Assembly: GCA_963921275.4 (NCBI GenBank)
Contig: OZ001293.3
Location: forward strand, 1,760,001-1,824,000
DNA length: 64,000 nucleotides
Origin: an uncultured Hormoscilla sp.
GTDB taxonomy: Bacteria; Cyanobacteriota; Cyanobacteriia; Cyanobacteriales; Desertifilaceae
Reading direction: 5' to 3'
Shown here: piece by piece, positions 20,041 to 30,100 of the stretch
Layout of the letters: each line of letters starts with the position of its first letter
Numbering within the stretch: position 1 is the first letter of the stretch
Position numbers and translations under genes: made by a program
Notes under the pieces: generated by a model
Told to the model about the DNA's origin: nothing
Database searches by the model: none
Seen by the model: only the letters and a program-made list of their open reading frames with translations

Positions 20041-20598
20041 ATGCGATCGCAACTGGAATGGTTCTGGTACTATCGGACGCACGCAGACAGCGCAGCACTT
20101 CTAAACCATCGATTCTGGGCAGTTTCAAATCTAGTAATATTAATGCTAGCATTTTTTTCAGATCGCGGTTAGCAAATACACCCCTGCAAAATAGATAATC
20201 TAATGCTTAAACTCCCGATCCTACTATTACCATTTACCGGAAAATACAGCTGCGATAGAATGCTAGTCGAGCCAATTTCCGATCGTCAGGATGATCTTCC
20301 ACTAACAGAATTTTGGCTCATCATAATTTGTTTACTTTTGGGCTTATTATCAGAAATTAACGAAGATTATTCTGCAAATTTGCTGATATTAATATCCTGT
20401 TTTTTATCGTATATATCAGTTATTTTATTTATAGAAAAGAGGTGATATTCCAGAATTTATCTGGTGATCCTACCCTGTTCAACTTGGTGATGCTTGTCAT
20501 TAATTCATGGTGTTTCCACTACAATCGGACCCCATGAGCCCATTACCCGGCTGACGAGGAGATCCCCAGTGCTGGGAGGATTGGGCTGTATTCTCTGA

Positions 20599-20742
20599 GT
20601 AGTGCGAGTTCGGTGTCCCCGGGGTAGTGCGAATACGATGTTTCCTGGGTAGTGCGATTACGATGTCCCCGGGGTAGTGCAGCGCTGGGGACATCGAACT
20701 CCCAGGAAACATCGAGCTCCCCCGGGACACCGAAAGCTCCCA
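20599..20742. repeat. Three 25-bp direct repeats followed by their mirror-ordered complements (long interrupted hairpin)
   Basis: GTAGTGCG-N4-CGRTGTYYCCnGG x3, then GGGGACATCG, CCCAGGAAACATCG, CCCCCGGGACACCG. Confidence 0.75.
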
Positions 20743-20951
20743 GAGGATACAGCAGCTTGCGCCTCTCTTCGGACAGCGGTCCCGTAACGCACAAACAAAA
20801 AAAGTCAATAGCAGACCAGAGGAAGAAAAATGCGATACTAGGGGAGAAGTGATCGCGATTCATTAATAATTGGTAAAATATTATGGCTGTTAGCCGTTAC
20901 TAGATATATAATTCGTCTAAAATATGCAATAATTAGGAGAGCAGACAGGTT

Positions 20952-21074
20952 ATGGATGTCAAGTTGATTTTAGTCTTGTTAACCGTGGCCTTTACAGTGT
21001 CATGCTTGTTCTTTGGCACGAAGAATGGCTTCTACGACTCGGACAACTATCACGGTAACGGTTCTGCTCACTAA
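20952..21074 (+). CDS. ndhP: NDH-1 small subunit NdhP (40 aa; not in the ORF track)
   Basis: MDVKLILVLLTVAFTVSCLFFGTKNGFYDSDNYHGNGSAH, preceded by an AGGAG RBS. Confidence 0.9.
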   Translation: MDVKLILVLLTVAFTVSCLFFGTKNGFYDSDNYHGNGSAH

Positions 21075-21114
21075 GTCTGGTGGGCGGTGCCCCCCCTACG
21101 CAGAGATATTGCCA

Positions 21115-22752
21115 GTGCCTCAAGGGAACGATCGCGAGCTAGAATGTATACCCTACGGAGTCGAGCAGACCGCCGAAGGAGTCTGCTTGTTAATGCGCAT
21201 GGGTAGCTACCGCCTGCTGCTGGACTGCGGTTTGAGAGACATCTCACCCCTGCGGGAGGTAGGGACTCAGTGGGGGGGGCTACCGGCTGACTTGGCGATC
21301 TGTACTCACGCCCATTCAGACCACGCTAGGGGTTTGCTGTCACTGCATCAGGCTTTTCCGCAACTGCCCATCTATGCCTCGGAAGCCACAACTCAGCTGT
21401 TACCCCTGAATTGGCCAGAGTACAGAGGCGATCGCATACCATTATTTTGTCAGGCTTTGCCCTGGCGGACGCCAGTAGAGTTACGTCCGGGGTTAACTGC
21501 TCAATTGTTCCCGGCGGGACATCTGCCCGGGGCCGCTGCTTTCCTGCTGACTTACAGAACCGGACAGCGTACTTACAGTATTTTTTATACTGGGGATTTT
21601 TTCTTATCTAACTCCCGCCTAGTAGAGGGCTTGCGGTTAGAAGAGGTGCGGGGATTGAAACCTGATGTACTGATTATCGAGGGGAGTTATGGCACGGCCC
21701 GTCATCCCCGTCGGCGCACCCAAGAAAATAAACTGGCCCAACGGATTAGTAATGCGATCGCCAATGACTGTTCTGTGTTGCTGCCAGTACCGACACTGGG
21801 ATTGGGTCAAGAACTGCTGGTGCTGCTGCGCAGTCATCACCAGTTTACCGGACGTGACCTGGATATCTGGGTAGATGAGAGGGTAGCAGCTAGTTGTGAT
21901 GCCTATTTGGAACTCCTACCCCACTTGCCCGCCGCCGTACAGAATTTTGCCCAGCATCAACCCCTATTTTGGGATGAACGAGTGCGGCCTCGGGTGCGCC
22001 GGTTATCTGGCCAACAGTCTGTAACTTCTGAGTCTCCCTATATCCTCTTGGTCGATGGCAATATCGATCTGAGCGAGTGGCTTCTTCCTGATACCCGACC
22101 AAGACTGGTTCTGCTACCTGAAGATGTTCGCGGACCCCAGAACTTTCCACCAGATTTGGCTATTAGAGTCGAAACCTATTTGCTATCTCAGCATTCTGAT
22201 GGACCTGGCACTACTCGGCTGATTCATAATCTCCGTCCCCAGCACGTAGTTTTTATCCACGGTTCCCCCTCCTATCTGGCTGACCTCACCGGTTTAGAGG
22301 AACTCTACAATCGCTGCCATTTGCACTCCCCCGCCCCTGGCACCCTGGTGGAACTGCCGATCGGCGAGACTTTTATCCAGCCAGCACCACCGGAAACTAC
22401 CTATGAAGGGGAGTTGCTGGAGTTGGAAACTATGGTCACGATTACTTTGCCAGAGGCGATCGCGCGAGATCGGCGCTGGCAAAATTTTGCCGATACTGGT
22501 TTAGTCTCTGCTCGCTGGCAGGGAGACGAACTGGTATTGCGGGGGGTGTCCCAACGGGAGTTACTCTCTGGTGGCACCGATCCTAGAGTGAGTTTGGATC
22601 TGGATTCCTGCGGCAATTGTCGCTACTACCGGGGACAGAAATGTCGTAATCGCGCCAGTCCTTTGTATGAATTTAAGGTCACCCCAGATGGTTTTTGTCC
22701 CGTTTTTGAAAGGATGCCCATCTCTGAAAAGTCAGAATTCGACCTTTCGTAG
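21115..22752 (+). CDS. MBL-fold/beta-CASP metallo-hydrolase with C-terminal Cys cluster (start approximate)
   Basis: LLDCG, THAHSDH, AGHLPGA, YTGDF, IEGSYG, LSQHSD, FIHG. Confidence 0.85.
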   Translation: MPQGNDRELECIPYGVEQTAEGVCLLMRMGSYRLLLDCGLRDISPLREVGTQWGGLPADLAICTHAHSDHARGLLSLHQAFPQLPIYASEATTQLLPLNWPEYRGDRIPLFCQALPWRTPVELRPGLTAQLFPAGHLPGAAAFLLTYRTGQRTYSIFYTGDFFLSNSRLVEGLRLEEVRGLKPDVLIIEGSYGTARHPRRRTQENKLAQRISNAIANDCSVLLPVPTLGLGQELLVLLRSHHQFTGRDLDIWVDERVAASCDAYLELLPHLPAAVQNFAQHQPLFWDERVRPRVRRLSGQQSVTSESPYILLVDGNIDLSEWLLPDTRPRLVLLPEDVRGPQNFPPDLAIRVETYLLSQHSDGPGTTRLIHNLRPQHVVFIHGSPSYLADLTGLEELYNRCHLHSPAPGTLVELPIGETFIQPAPPETTYEGELLELETMVTITLPEAIARDRRWQNFADTGLVSARWQGDELVLRGVSQRELLSGGTDPRVSLDLDSCGNCRYYRGQKCRNRASPLYEFKVTPDGFCPVFERMPISEKSEFDLS

Positions 22753-22781
22753 TAAGCACGAAGCACTTTACGGCTTCCAGC

Positions 22782-23090
22782 TTATTCTGGATTTGATTCC
22801 GGATGCCGGCGTAGTCGTTCTGCTTCTGGGCATTCTTCGGAAACCATGATTTTTATGTTTCCTTTGGGGACCGTCGATAGTTTCTGGGTGACTGCACCTA
22901 TGCTCTCTAATCGCACTATTTCTTCCCACGAACAGATTTCATCTTCTTCTTCGCTTTCATAACGAATCGTTACCAAATCTCCTTCTATATCCAGGATCGT
23001 CGCGCGTTCTATCCAGCGTTGCTGGTCCCGCAAGAAAATCCAGACTTCACGATTTTCACAACAGAGTTGATAAATCTTGCGGTGTAGCAT
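22782..23090 (-). CDS. Conserved cyanobacterial small protein (DUF6679-like)
   Basis: MLHRKIYQLCCENREVWIFLRDQQRWIE. Confidence 0.65.
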   Translation of the reverse strand: MLHRKIYQLCCENREVWIFLRDQQRWIERATILDIEGDLVTIRYESEEEDEICSWEEIVRLESIGAVTQKLSTVPKGNIKIMVSEECPEAERLRRHPESNPE

Positions 23091-23358
23091 GGTTGACTCC
23101 TGCTCCAAAAAACTTGTACATTTTTGGTCATTCCCTGACTTTGAAGAGTTACACTCGAGCAACTCTGTCCGGCTCAATGTTAATTAATTTAAAAAATTCT
23201 TGACTAAATTGCTGTTTTTACATTACTATAGCATATATTTGCAGTTGGTTTGGCATTTTCCGAAAGTAGTCCGGACAAGAGCTCTGGGCTGATCGCGCTG
23301 CGCGCGATCGGATCTCGCCATCCCGTCCACAGAAAGATGTATGAGGTATTAACCGGAA

Positions 23359-24129
23359 ATGTTGCTACATTTAAGTACTTGGCCGGAAGTAGAAGCTTAT
23401 CTGGGCCGATCGCGTAGCGTGCGCGCAGCGCAATCGTCCGGTCTGATTCTACCAATTGGTTCGACAGAACAACATGGCCCCACGGGTTTGATCGGTACGG
23501 ATGCCATTACCGCTGAGGCGATCGCCCGTGGGGTGGGCGAAAGCGTCAAGGCGATGGTGGCCCCGACGATTAATGTGGGCATGGCCTTGCACCACACGGC
23601 TTTTCCCGGTACCATCAGTCTGAGACCCAGCACCATGATCCGGCTAGTAGTGGATTATATCACATGTTTGGCCAGGGCGGGATTTACTAAGTTTTTCTTT
23701 ATCAATGGCCACGGGGGCAATATCGCAACCCTGAAGGCGGCTTTTGCGGAAACCTATACTCATCTGGTAAACTTAAACATAGCTAATGCCGATCGGGTAG
23801 AATGTACCCTGGCCAACTGGTTCACGTGCAGCAGTGTTTACAAGCTGGCAAAAGAGTTATATGGGGACCAGGAAGGTTCCCATGCTACCCCCAGTGAGGT
23901 GGCGGTAACTCAGTATCTCTATCCAGAAGCTATTAAAACTGCCCCCTTGTCTGAAGAGGTTGGTAAAGGACATGGTTTCTATGGACCGGCTGATTTTCGT
24001 CGCCGCTACCCCGATGGCCGTATGGGGTCTAACCCGGCATTGGCAACCCCGGAACATGGGAAGCAGTTTTATGAGTTGGCGGTTAAGGAACTTAGCAATA
24101 GCTATCTGGAATTTTTGGCCCCAGAGTGA
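23359..24129 (+). CDS. Creatininase family amidohydrolase with an 8-aa in-frame repeat insert
   Basis: PIGSTEQHGP, NGHGGN, GSHATPSE. Confidence 0.9.
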   Translation: MLLHLSTWPEVEAYLGRSRSVRAAQSSGLILPIGSTEQHGPTGLIGTDAITAEAIARGVGESVKAMVAPTINVGMALHHTAFPGTISLRPSTMIRLVVDYITCLARAGFTKFFFINGHGGNIATLKAAFAETYTHLVNLNIANADRVECTLANWFTCSSVYKLAKELYGDQEGSHATPSEVAVTQYLYPEAIKTAPLSEEVGKGHGFYGPADFRRRYPDGRMGSNPALATPEHGKQFYELAVKELSNSYLEFLAPE

Positions 24130-24260
24130 GGGCGATCGCGCGTCGCCGACATGAGAAAATGTGCTCATCGCAGAAGTACGATCGCCCCTCCCTGTGCTAA
24201 GGCACTCAGATAATTCCAGCCCGAATACCTTACTCTCCAGCTAGCACATGCCTCTCGCAT

Positions 24261-24881
24261 TTAGTAACAACCTGTGTCTTGACTCGTGCGCATTTTTCCC
24301 AGAATGGTGGAAACAAACACGCAACGTCTAGCTGAGCCACCATTTTTACTTTTTACCGTTATTCGTCCAAAAGGAGGTCTATACACATTACCATAATGAT
24401 CGAACCACATTCGCCACAAATCTTTACCTAACTCACTATATATATCTCGCCCAAGTAAGGTTGTCTCTTCCCTATCTATTTCGACGTTTTCATCCAGGTC
24501 TTCCCAATTCACTGCATAGCGATCAGAGTCAGATGGACCCGGGTCAGGATCTTTAAGGGGTATATTGAAAGCATTGTCCTCGCTTGTAGCAGGGTGTACC
24601 GCCCACTGTGCCAGTGATTCGCCATCTATTTCTACTTGTCGAAAACTGGCTTGCCAGGTACGTTTGTCTCGTTTGGCATTGCTTTGGGCTTCCTTCATGG
24701 CCAGGTATACTTGTTCTCTGGCAGTATTGAGGCGTTGACCTTCTGTGAAGGCTAGCCAACTGGGAACCCCGATCGCATTTAAAATCCCAATCATGGCCAC
24801 AACCACTGATACTTCAATCAGGGTAAAACCGGCAGAAGTTCGCTTTCTATAGTTTAAGTTGTATTTATGATGTTTTTTCAT
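24261..24881 (-). CDS. Type IV minor pilin/pseudopilin of the hps locus
   Basis: Prepilin motif GFTLIEVSVVVAMIGIL. Confidence 0.85.
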   Translation of the reverse strand: MKKHHKYNLNYRKRTSAGFTLIEVSVVVAMIGILNAIGVPSWLAFTEGQRLNTAREQVYLAMKEAQSNAKRDKRTWQASFRQVEIDGESLAQWAVHPATSEDNAFNIPLKDPDPGPSDSDRYAVNWEDLDENVEIDREETTLLGRDIYSELGKDLWRMWFDHYGNVYRPPFGRITVKSKNGGSARRCVFVSTILGKMRTSQDTGCY

Positions 24882-25054
24882 CTGCACCCCATCTCCAATA
24901 GATCGCGGTTTCAACACTAGCTGGGATCCCCGATCGCACTCAGCACCCTACGAGCGCTATTACCACCAGCAACTCGATTGTGGTAAAACCCAGATATAAG
25001 TCTTTTCCTAATCCTTTTAATCTTTGCCTTTTTTTCATCATTGGTACCATCTTA

Positions 25055-26155
25055 CTAAAAGTTTATCAGTCCCCGTCCTTTTACCTGAATTCTTGTAGTT
25101 GGGAAGAATGTATCTTGGCGATCGCTGTAATCCTTTGTCTCCCCGCGAGCTAATGTCCGTGCCAGAGCATTTTCCCTAATGTATACTTGCGCCACATTTC
25201 TTTCTGAGTCTACACAGGCATAGAAACTACCTGTCTTCAAGCCAGCGGGAAATTTGCTGTTATCGTAGTCTGGTATCTGTTGATAAGCAGTCGTGCAATT
25301 TACCGTCTCTAGATCCGTATCTACTGTCATTAGGGTTTGGTCAATGTAATCTACCAAAACTTTCACGTTGTTCGTATACGAATCTTTATGTTTTTGCCAC
25401 CTATTCATCTTTTCTCTCAGATTATCCCCCTCCACACCCAGATTGAATAGCATAAACCCTTTGCTGGGCTGCAAATCATATGATACTGTTCTGGTTCCCC
25501 CATTTACCGGATCTACTTCAGTTCTCGTTCCATCTAATGCTGTTCCATCTTTATCTTCAATCCCATCCCGAATCTCAAACCGACCAATCCTTGCTGCACC
25601 AGACCACTTATTGTTGTCGTCTTTTATCAGGTAGTAAGCTACTAAAGAATATACTTGATAATCCTGCTTGTTACATTTATCATCCGGCAGCTTTACTAGA
25701 CAACCTATCTCGACTCCATTGAATCTTTTATCTTCGGGTAAAATTTTCCGCCTCCAGAACGCCAGCACTGGCACTCGATCGTCACTAGCAGGTGGGATTT
25801 GACTACAGCTTCCTGGAGGATTGTATGATGATGATGGATCGCTCGTACATTCAGTCTCATTGTAGTTCCCAGTGATTGCCGCCAATCCATCCCCATCGTA
25901 TATATAAACTGCCTGTTCCAAATCCCTGCGGATGTAGTCTATGGCCCCTTGGATTTCTTGTTCAGTGCTTGACCGCGCCTGTTCCTTACGGTCTGTTGTC
26001 AGGATATCAACCATAAAACCCAGTAAGGCTGAGATCATGATCTCAGCTATCGCTGAGGCTACTAGAAGTTCTATCAGAGTGAAGCCACTGGCTTTTTTGG
26101 CCTGATCTTGCCGTTGACTTTGATTTTTTAGCAATAATCTGATTATATATCTCAT
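25055..26155 (-). CDS. hpsC: Hormogonium polysaccharide secretion pseudopilin HpsC
   Basis: GFTLIELLVA prepilin motif; DYIRRDLEQAVYIYD, PVLAFWRR, YSLVAYYL; position in the hps operon. Confidence 0.75.
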   Translation of the reverse strand: MRYIIRLLLKNQSQRQDQAKKASGFTLIELLVASAIAEIMISALLGFMVDILTTDRKEQARSSTEQEIQGAIDYIRRDLEQAVYIYDGDGLAAITGNYNETECTSDPSSSYNPPGSCSQIPPASDDRVPVLAFWRRKILPEDKRFNGVEIGCLVKLPDDKCNKQDYQVYSLVAYYLIKDDNNKWSGAARIGRFEIRDGIEDKDGTALDGTRTEVDPVNGGTRTVSYDLQPSKGFMLFNLGVEGDNLREKMNRWQKHKDSYTNNVKVLVDYIDQTLMTVDTDLETVNCTTAYQQIPDYDNSKFPAGLKTGSFYACVDSERNVAQVYIRENALARTLARGETKDYSDRQDTFFPTTRIQVKGRGLINF

Positions 26156-26373
26156 TTTCTTTTTCCTCCCCTGACCTAGCAATTAAATCTCTTTTGTAGC
26201 GCTATCAAGCTTCTGTCTTGCTGATTCATGTTATGATTGATACCAATATCTGTTCGCGTAGCGTGCGCGCAGCGCAATCGGCTTGCTATGCCTCTACTAT
26301 CGCCAGCATTTCTGTTTGGCAATCTCGCGCAGGCGGGCTTTGTTCCTGTAGCCGGACCATGCACGGGTTCGGA

Positions 26374-27099
26374 TTAATTGCAACCACCATAGCAATCGCA
26401 GAAATCCTCATAATTTGTGCCATTTCTGATTATTTCCGTTGTCATTTCCACCATAGGTGCTTGGCGGTCAATTGTAGCCGACGAAGCACTCTGTCTGGCA
26501 CCGTCATTACGCATTGTCTTCAGAGGATCTCCACCACCATCAAAAGCCTCTGCCCTGTATACCCGTACCCCTAGCAAATAGCCTTCCTCTGGGTCTCCTT
26601 GCGTATCGGTCACGCTACGATAAGCCTGAATTATCATATCCTTAGGACTATCACTGCTACAATTTTCATCACCATCATAATCCACGCAGTACAAACTTAC
26701 ATCGCTTGTTGATGGTGTACTCGGGTTTGGACAGTAGGGATAGCCATCTGTACTGGAGGTGCAGGTGGTCAAGGCATCTCCCGTGGGAGCATTCACGTTG
26801 GAGAATGTAGCAAGTCTCTGCGGTTCAAAGTCTCCATTATTATCAATCTCATCCAGTAGCACTATAGCATTGGGATCGTCGATCGCCCCCGATCGCACCC
26901 CATCAATATAGGACCCTGCCGCTTGCGTCGCCAGTTCCACCCGCCTGGCCTGCACTCTGATCGCAGTTGACAAGACAATCATCGGGGCTATTCCCACTAG
27001 CATGATTGTTAACACTATTATTGCCACCAAGGACTCCATTAGAGTAAATCCTGACTGACTGGACTGGGGCAAAATTGGTTTTTGGGTTTTCATCTTCAT
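26374..27099 (-). CDS. hpsB: Pseudopilin HpsB
   Basis: GFTLMESLVA..RVQARRVELATQAA..GYLLGVRVYRA; directly downstream of hpsA. Confidence 0.75.
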   Translation of the reverse strand: MKMKTQKPILPQSSQSGFTLMESLVAIIVLTIMLVGIAPMIVLSTAIRVQARRVELATQAAGSYIDGVRSGAIDDPNAIVLLDEIDNNGDFEPQRLATFSNVNAPTGDALTTCTSSTDGYPYCPNPSTPSTSDVSLYCVDYDGDENCSSDSPKDMIIQAYRSVTDTQGDPEEGYLLGVRVYRAEAFDGGGDPLKTMRNDGARQSASSATIDRQAPMVEMTTEIIRNGTNYEDFCDCYGGCN

Positions 27100-27109
27100 T
27101 CACCTCCTA

Positions 27110-30100
27110 CTACCATTTTACCGCTTCCCCGCAATCAGGACGCTGATCCTTACTCACTGCATACTCATAGCCTATGCCTGGTTTGTCGTAGTATGCCTTA
27201 TTATTCTCTTCAATACTGTTCCCACCAGGCCCCCCATCTGCTTGGCCAGCACACAAAAGCACTTCCACCCATTTATCGTCTCGACTCACTTCCTGGAAGA
27301 ATTCATTCGGCGGACTGATAGATGGTACAGTGAATTGTTCGGCAAACAAGTCCGGCTGCTGCGTCAGCAACCCCACATCAAAACCCCACGGACGATCGGG
27401 TTGGTTGTAGTAGGGCAGCTTACCCTCTGAGTTGTCATGTTCGTATAGCTGTTTTCGTCCAAAAATCCCTGCATCCTCCCCCATAGTTCCCTCCAGAGTA
27501 TCTGGCAGCAAAGTCTCGAAGGGAGCCGTCGCATACTCGCTACGCTTCGTCTGGATAAACCCACCGCTGATCTTCGCTGGTCTTGCCTTTGACCCCGCAT
27601 TCCAGGACTCTAGGAAGCGAGGCAAGTTTTCTAAACCTCCATTACCTTCATTCGGACGTCCTGGCGTATCCCCACTAGCTAACACTAGATTAAATGTATT
27701 GCCTGCATCCGTTGCCTGCTGCTGCCAGTAGGTGCGGTTGCCTTTGTCTCCGTCTGCAATCGTCAGCGTCTTTGTGCTCCCAGAAGTTGTATTTCTCGGT
27801 GCCTGCAGTTGCAATACTGGTTCTAACAGGGGTTGCCATTTCCGCCCATCACTTTCTGGAGCGTGGCTGCTTATTCGCTGACCATCCAGCGTCCTGTAAA
27901 ACAGAGGATGGTCATATCCATAATTGCGATCGTCATCAGAGGGTGGATCCGCCGTTCCTGGTATTTGATCGACTGTTACGAACCACAGGGCTTCTTTGTT
28001 ACTATCCATGTAAGGTTTTCCATCTGCACCTGGAGAGTCCTCAAGGCAGCCATTGGTTTCCCCCCAGCCACAATATACTACATTTTCTCCGGTATCGTCT
28101 GTATCTCCGTCATTGTTAAAATCAATCCTAATCCTCGACGTATTGTACGGGAACGGTCGGATCTTACCACGAGAACCATTACGATTTTCTATCCCTATAG
28201 GAATTGGTTGCCCATTTCCGTCCAGTATCAGGTCACCACACCCTGGTCCGTCATTCAAAACCGGGTGAACATATTGTCCTCTACGCTCTACTCCTTTACA
28301 ATCTGTATAGTTTCGCAAAAATGCCACTCGGCGAGGATAGCGCGAATATTCTCCAGATGGTGTTATTATCGTTGTGCCTGCTGGGATTAGGTTTAATATC
28401 TCATCTGTCATCTTACCTGCCAAGTCCTCTCTTATGAAATGTGTAGAGCGATTGTTCGTCGTTCCCTTATATGTCTCCGAGATAGGCCTCCCCTGATTCC
28501 CATTTAAATTTATGTACCAGTTTTCTGGACTGCACTCTGAAACTGGCAGCCTCTGACAAACCTCCATCAAATACTCTCGGTTTCCTTTCGCCCGGCGTTG
28601 AATTGGGGTAACAAAGTTATTGAAGTAGGAACTGTTGGTAGGAGGAGTCGAGCCACATTTTGCGAATACTCGGCATCTTCAAATTGATGACTCGTCACAA
28701 AATTATTTGTATAGAAGCCATTTTCTCGGCGTTTGCGAATTGACCTCGCATCCCCCAAATTATTATTCAGATCGTAGTCTCCCTCATTGCGGAAGCCTTC
28801 CTGGAAATCATTAGACAACAGCGTCACCGAATCAGCGATCACTGTTGCTGGCCGCCACTTGTCCCCAGGGCTGCAAGTCCCTGACCCAAACTGGTCCTTC
28901 CTACAGGCAAACTGATCGTTCATAGTTTTGCGCGTGTAGAAGTTATTCCAGTCGTCTGCCAACTCTTCCGTAAACTCTTCTTTATTCTGATCGGGACTGT
29001 GCAGGTTAAAGTCTCCCTTGATGTACACTGGCAAATCACTTACCAAGGTTAGCCCTTTCTCATTTACTCGGTAATCGTTGCTGTCACCACGGTTGAGTTG
29101 GGCGCCATTTATTAGCATGATGGCATTAGGGCGGCGCGTTGGATCCAGCAAGAAGTCCGTCGCACTCAGTTCCAAGCTAGCTTCATCGTCATCACCCTTT
29201 GTTGTTTCATCTCGCCATGCATCTTCCCGGGTTGCGTAGACAATGCCACTGTTGGGAAGCATGTATTCTGTTGGTGTTCCACTGTCAAAAGTTTTCTTCC
29301 GCAATTTGTCCAAATCTATCACCGTGGCCCGAATTTCCAGAGGCTGCCGTTCTTCTATACTCAGGTCATACCTGCCACTCAGCGTTTCTGTCAGCCAGCC
29401 CATTTCACCAGGTGTACCGCTAGCGCCTGTAATTGTGGTGAAATTCCCGTTTTTTCCCTCCACAATAGGCTCTCTTGAAAAGTTTAGAGTTGCACTGTTG
29501 AATCCCTCTAGCGTCACTAGATCGCCAGTTTCCAGGCTTGGAGTTCCCAGACTATCAGCAAATTCGTAATCATTCCCGTTCCATTGCACTCGCAGACTAT
29601 GGGCATCGATCGCCTTCACTTCCCTTGCATCCAGAAACGTCGTTTCCTCGATTGTTCCCTGCTCTATACGTGCTGATTTATGTTGTCCACCATAATAAAT
29701 ATTTATCGCACAGATTGCCGTATCGATCGCTGTCCTTTCTGCCAGACTTAGCTTTTCACCTGCATCCATAGCTTCCAATGCTTCTTTCAATAACGTATTC
29801 ACCTCCCGTCCGTTGGGGTATCTTAACCTCGTTTGGTAATCGAGGAATTCACGATTACTAATATTTGATAAGACAGTATCCTGCAAGGTATCCTTCCATT
29901 TGTATACTACACCGTTCTTTGAGATCCTGCTATTTTCGTATGAGGGGTCGTAGTAGCTGCTCACACAGGCGATCGGTTCTTGATATTGCACGGAATTTGC
30001 CGTACCTTCGTAGTCACTATGCTTATAGTGATATACTGCTGTTGCCCGCATTTGCAAGTAGGGGCGCTTACTCACTGTATTAGAAATATCATTATTATCT

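Noticed and set aside
21013..21110. N-terminal extension of the beta-CASP ORF
   Set aside because: It overlaps ndhP and a REP palindrome; the real start is further downstream
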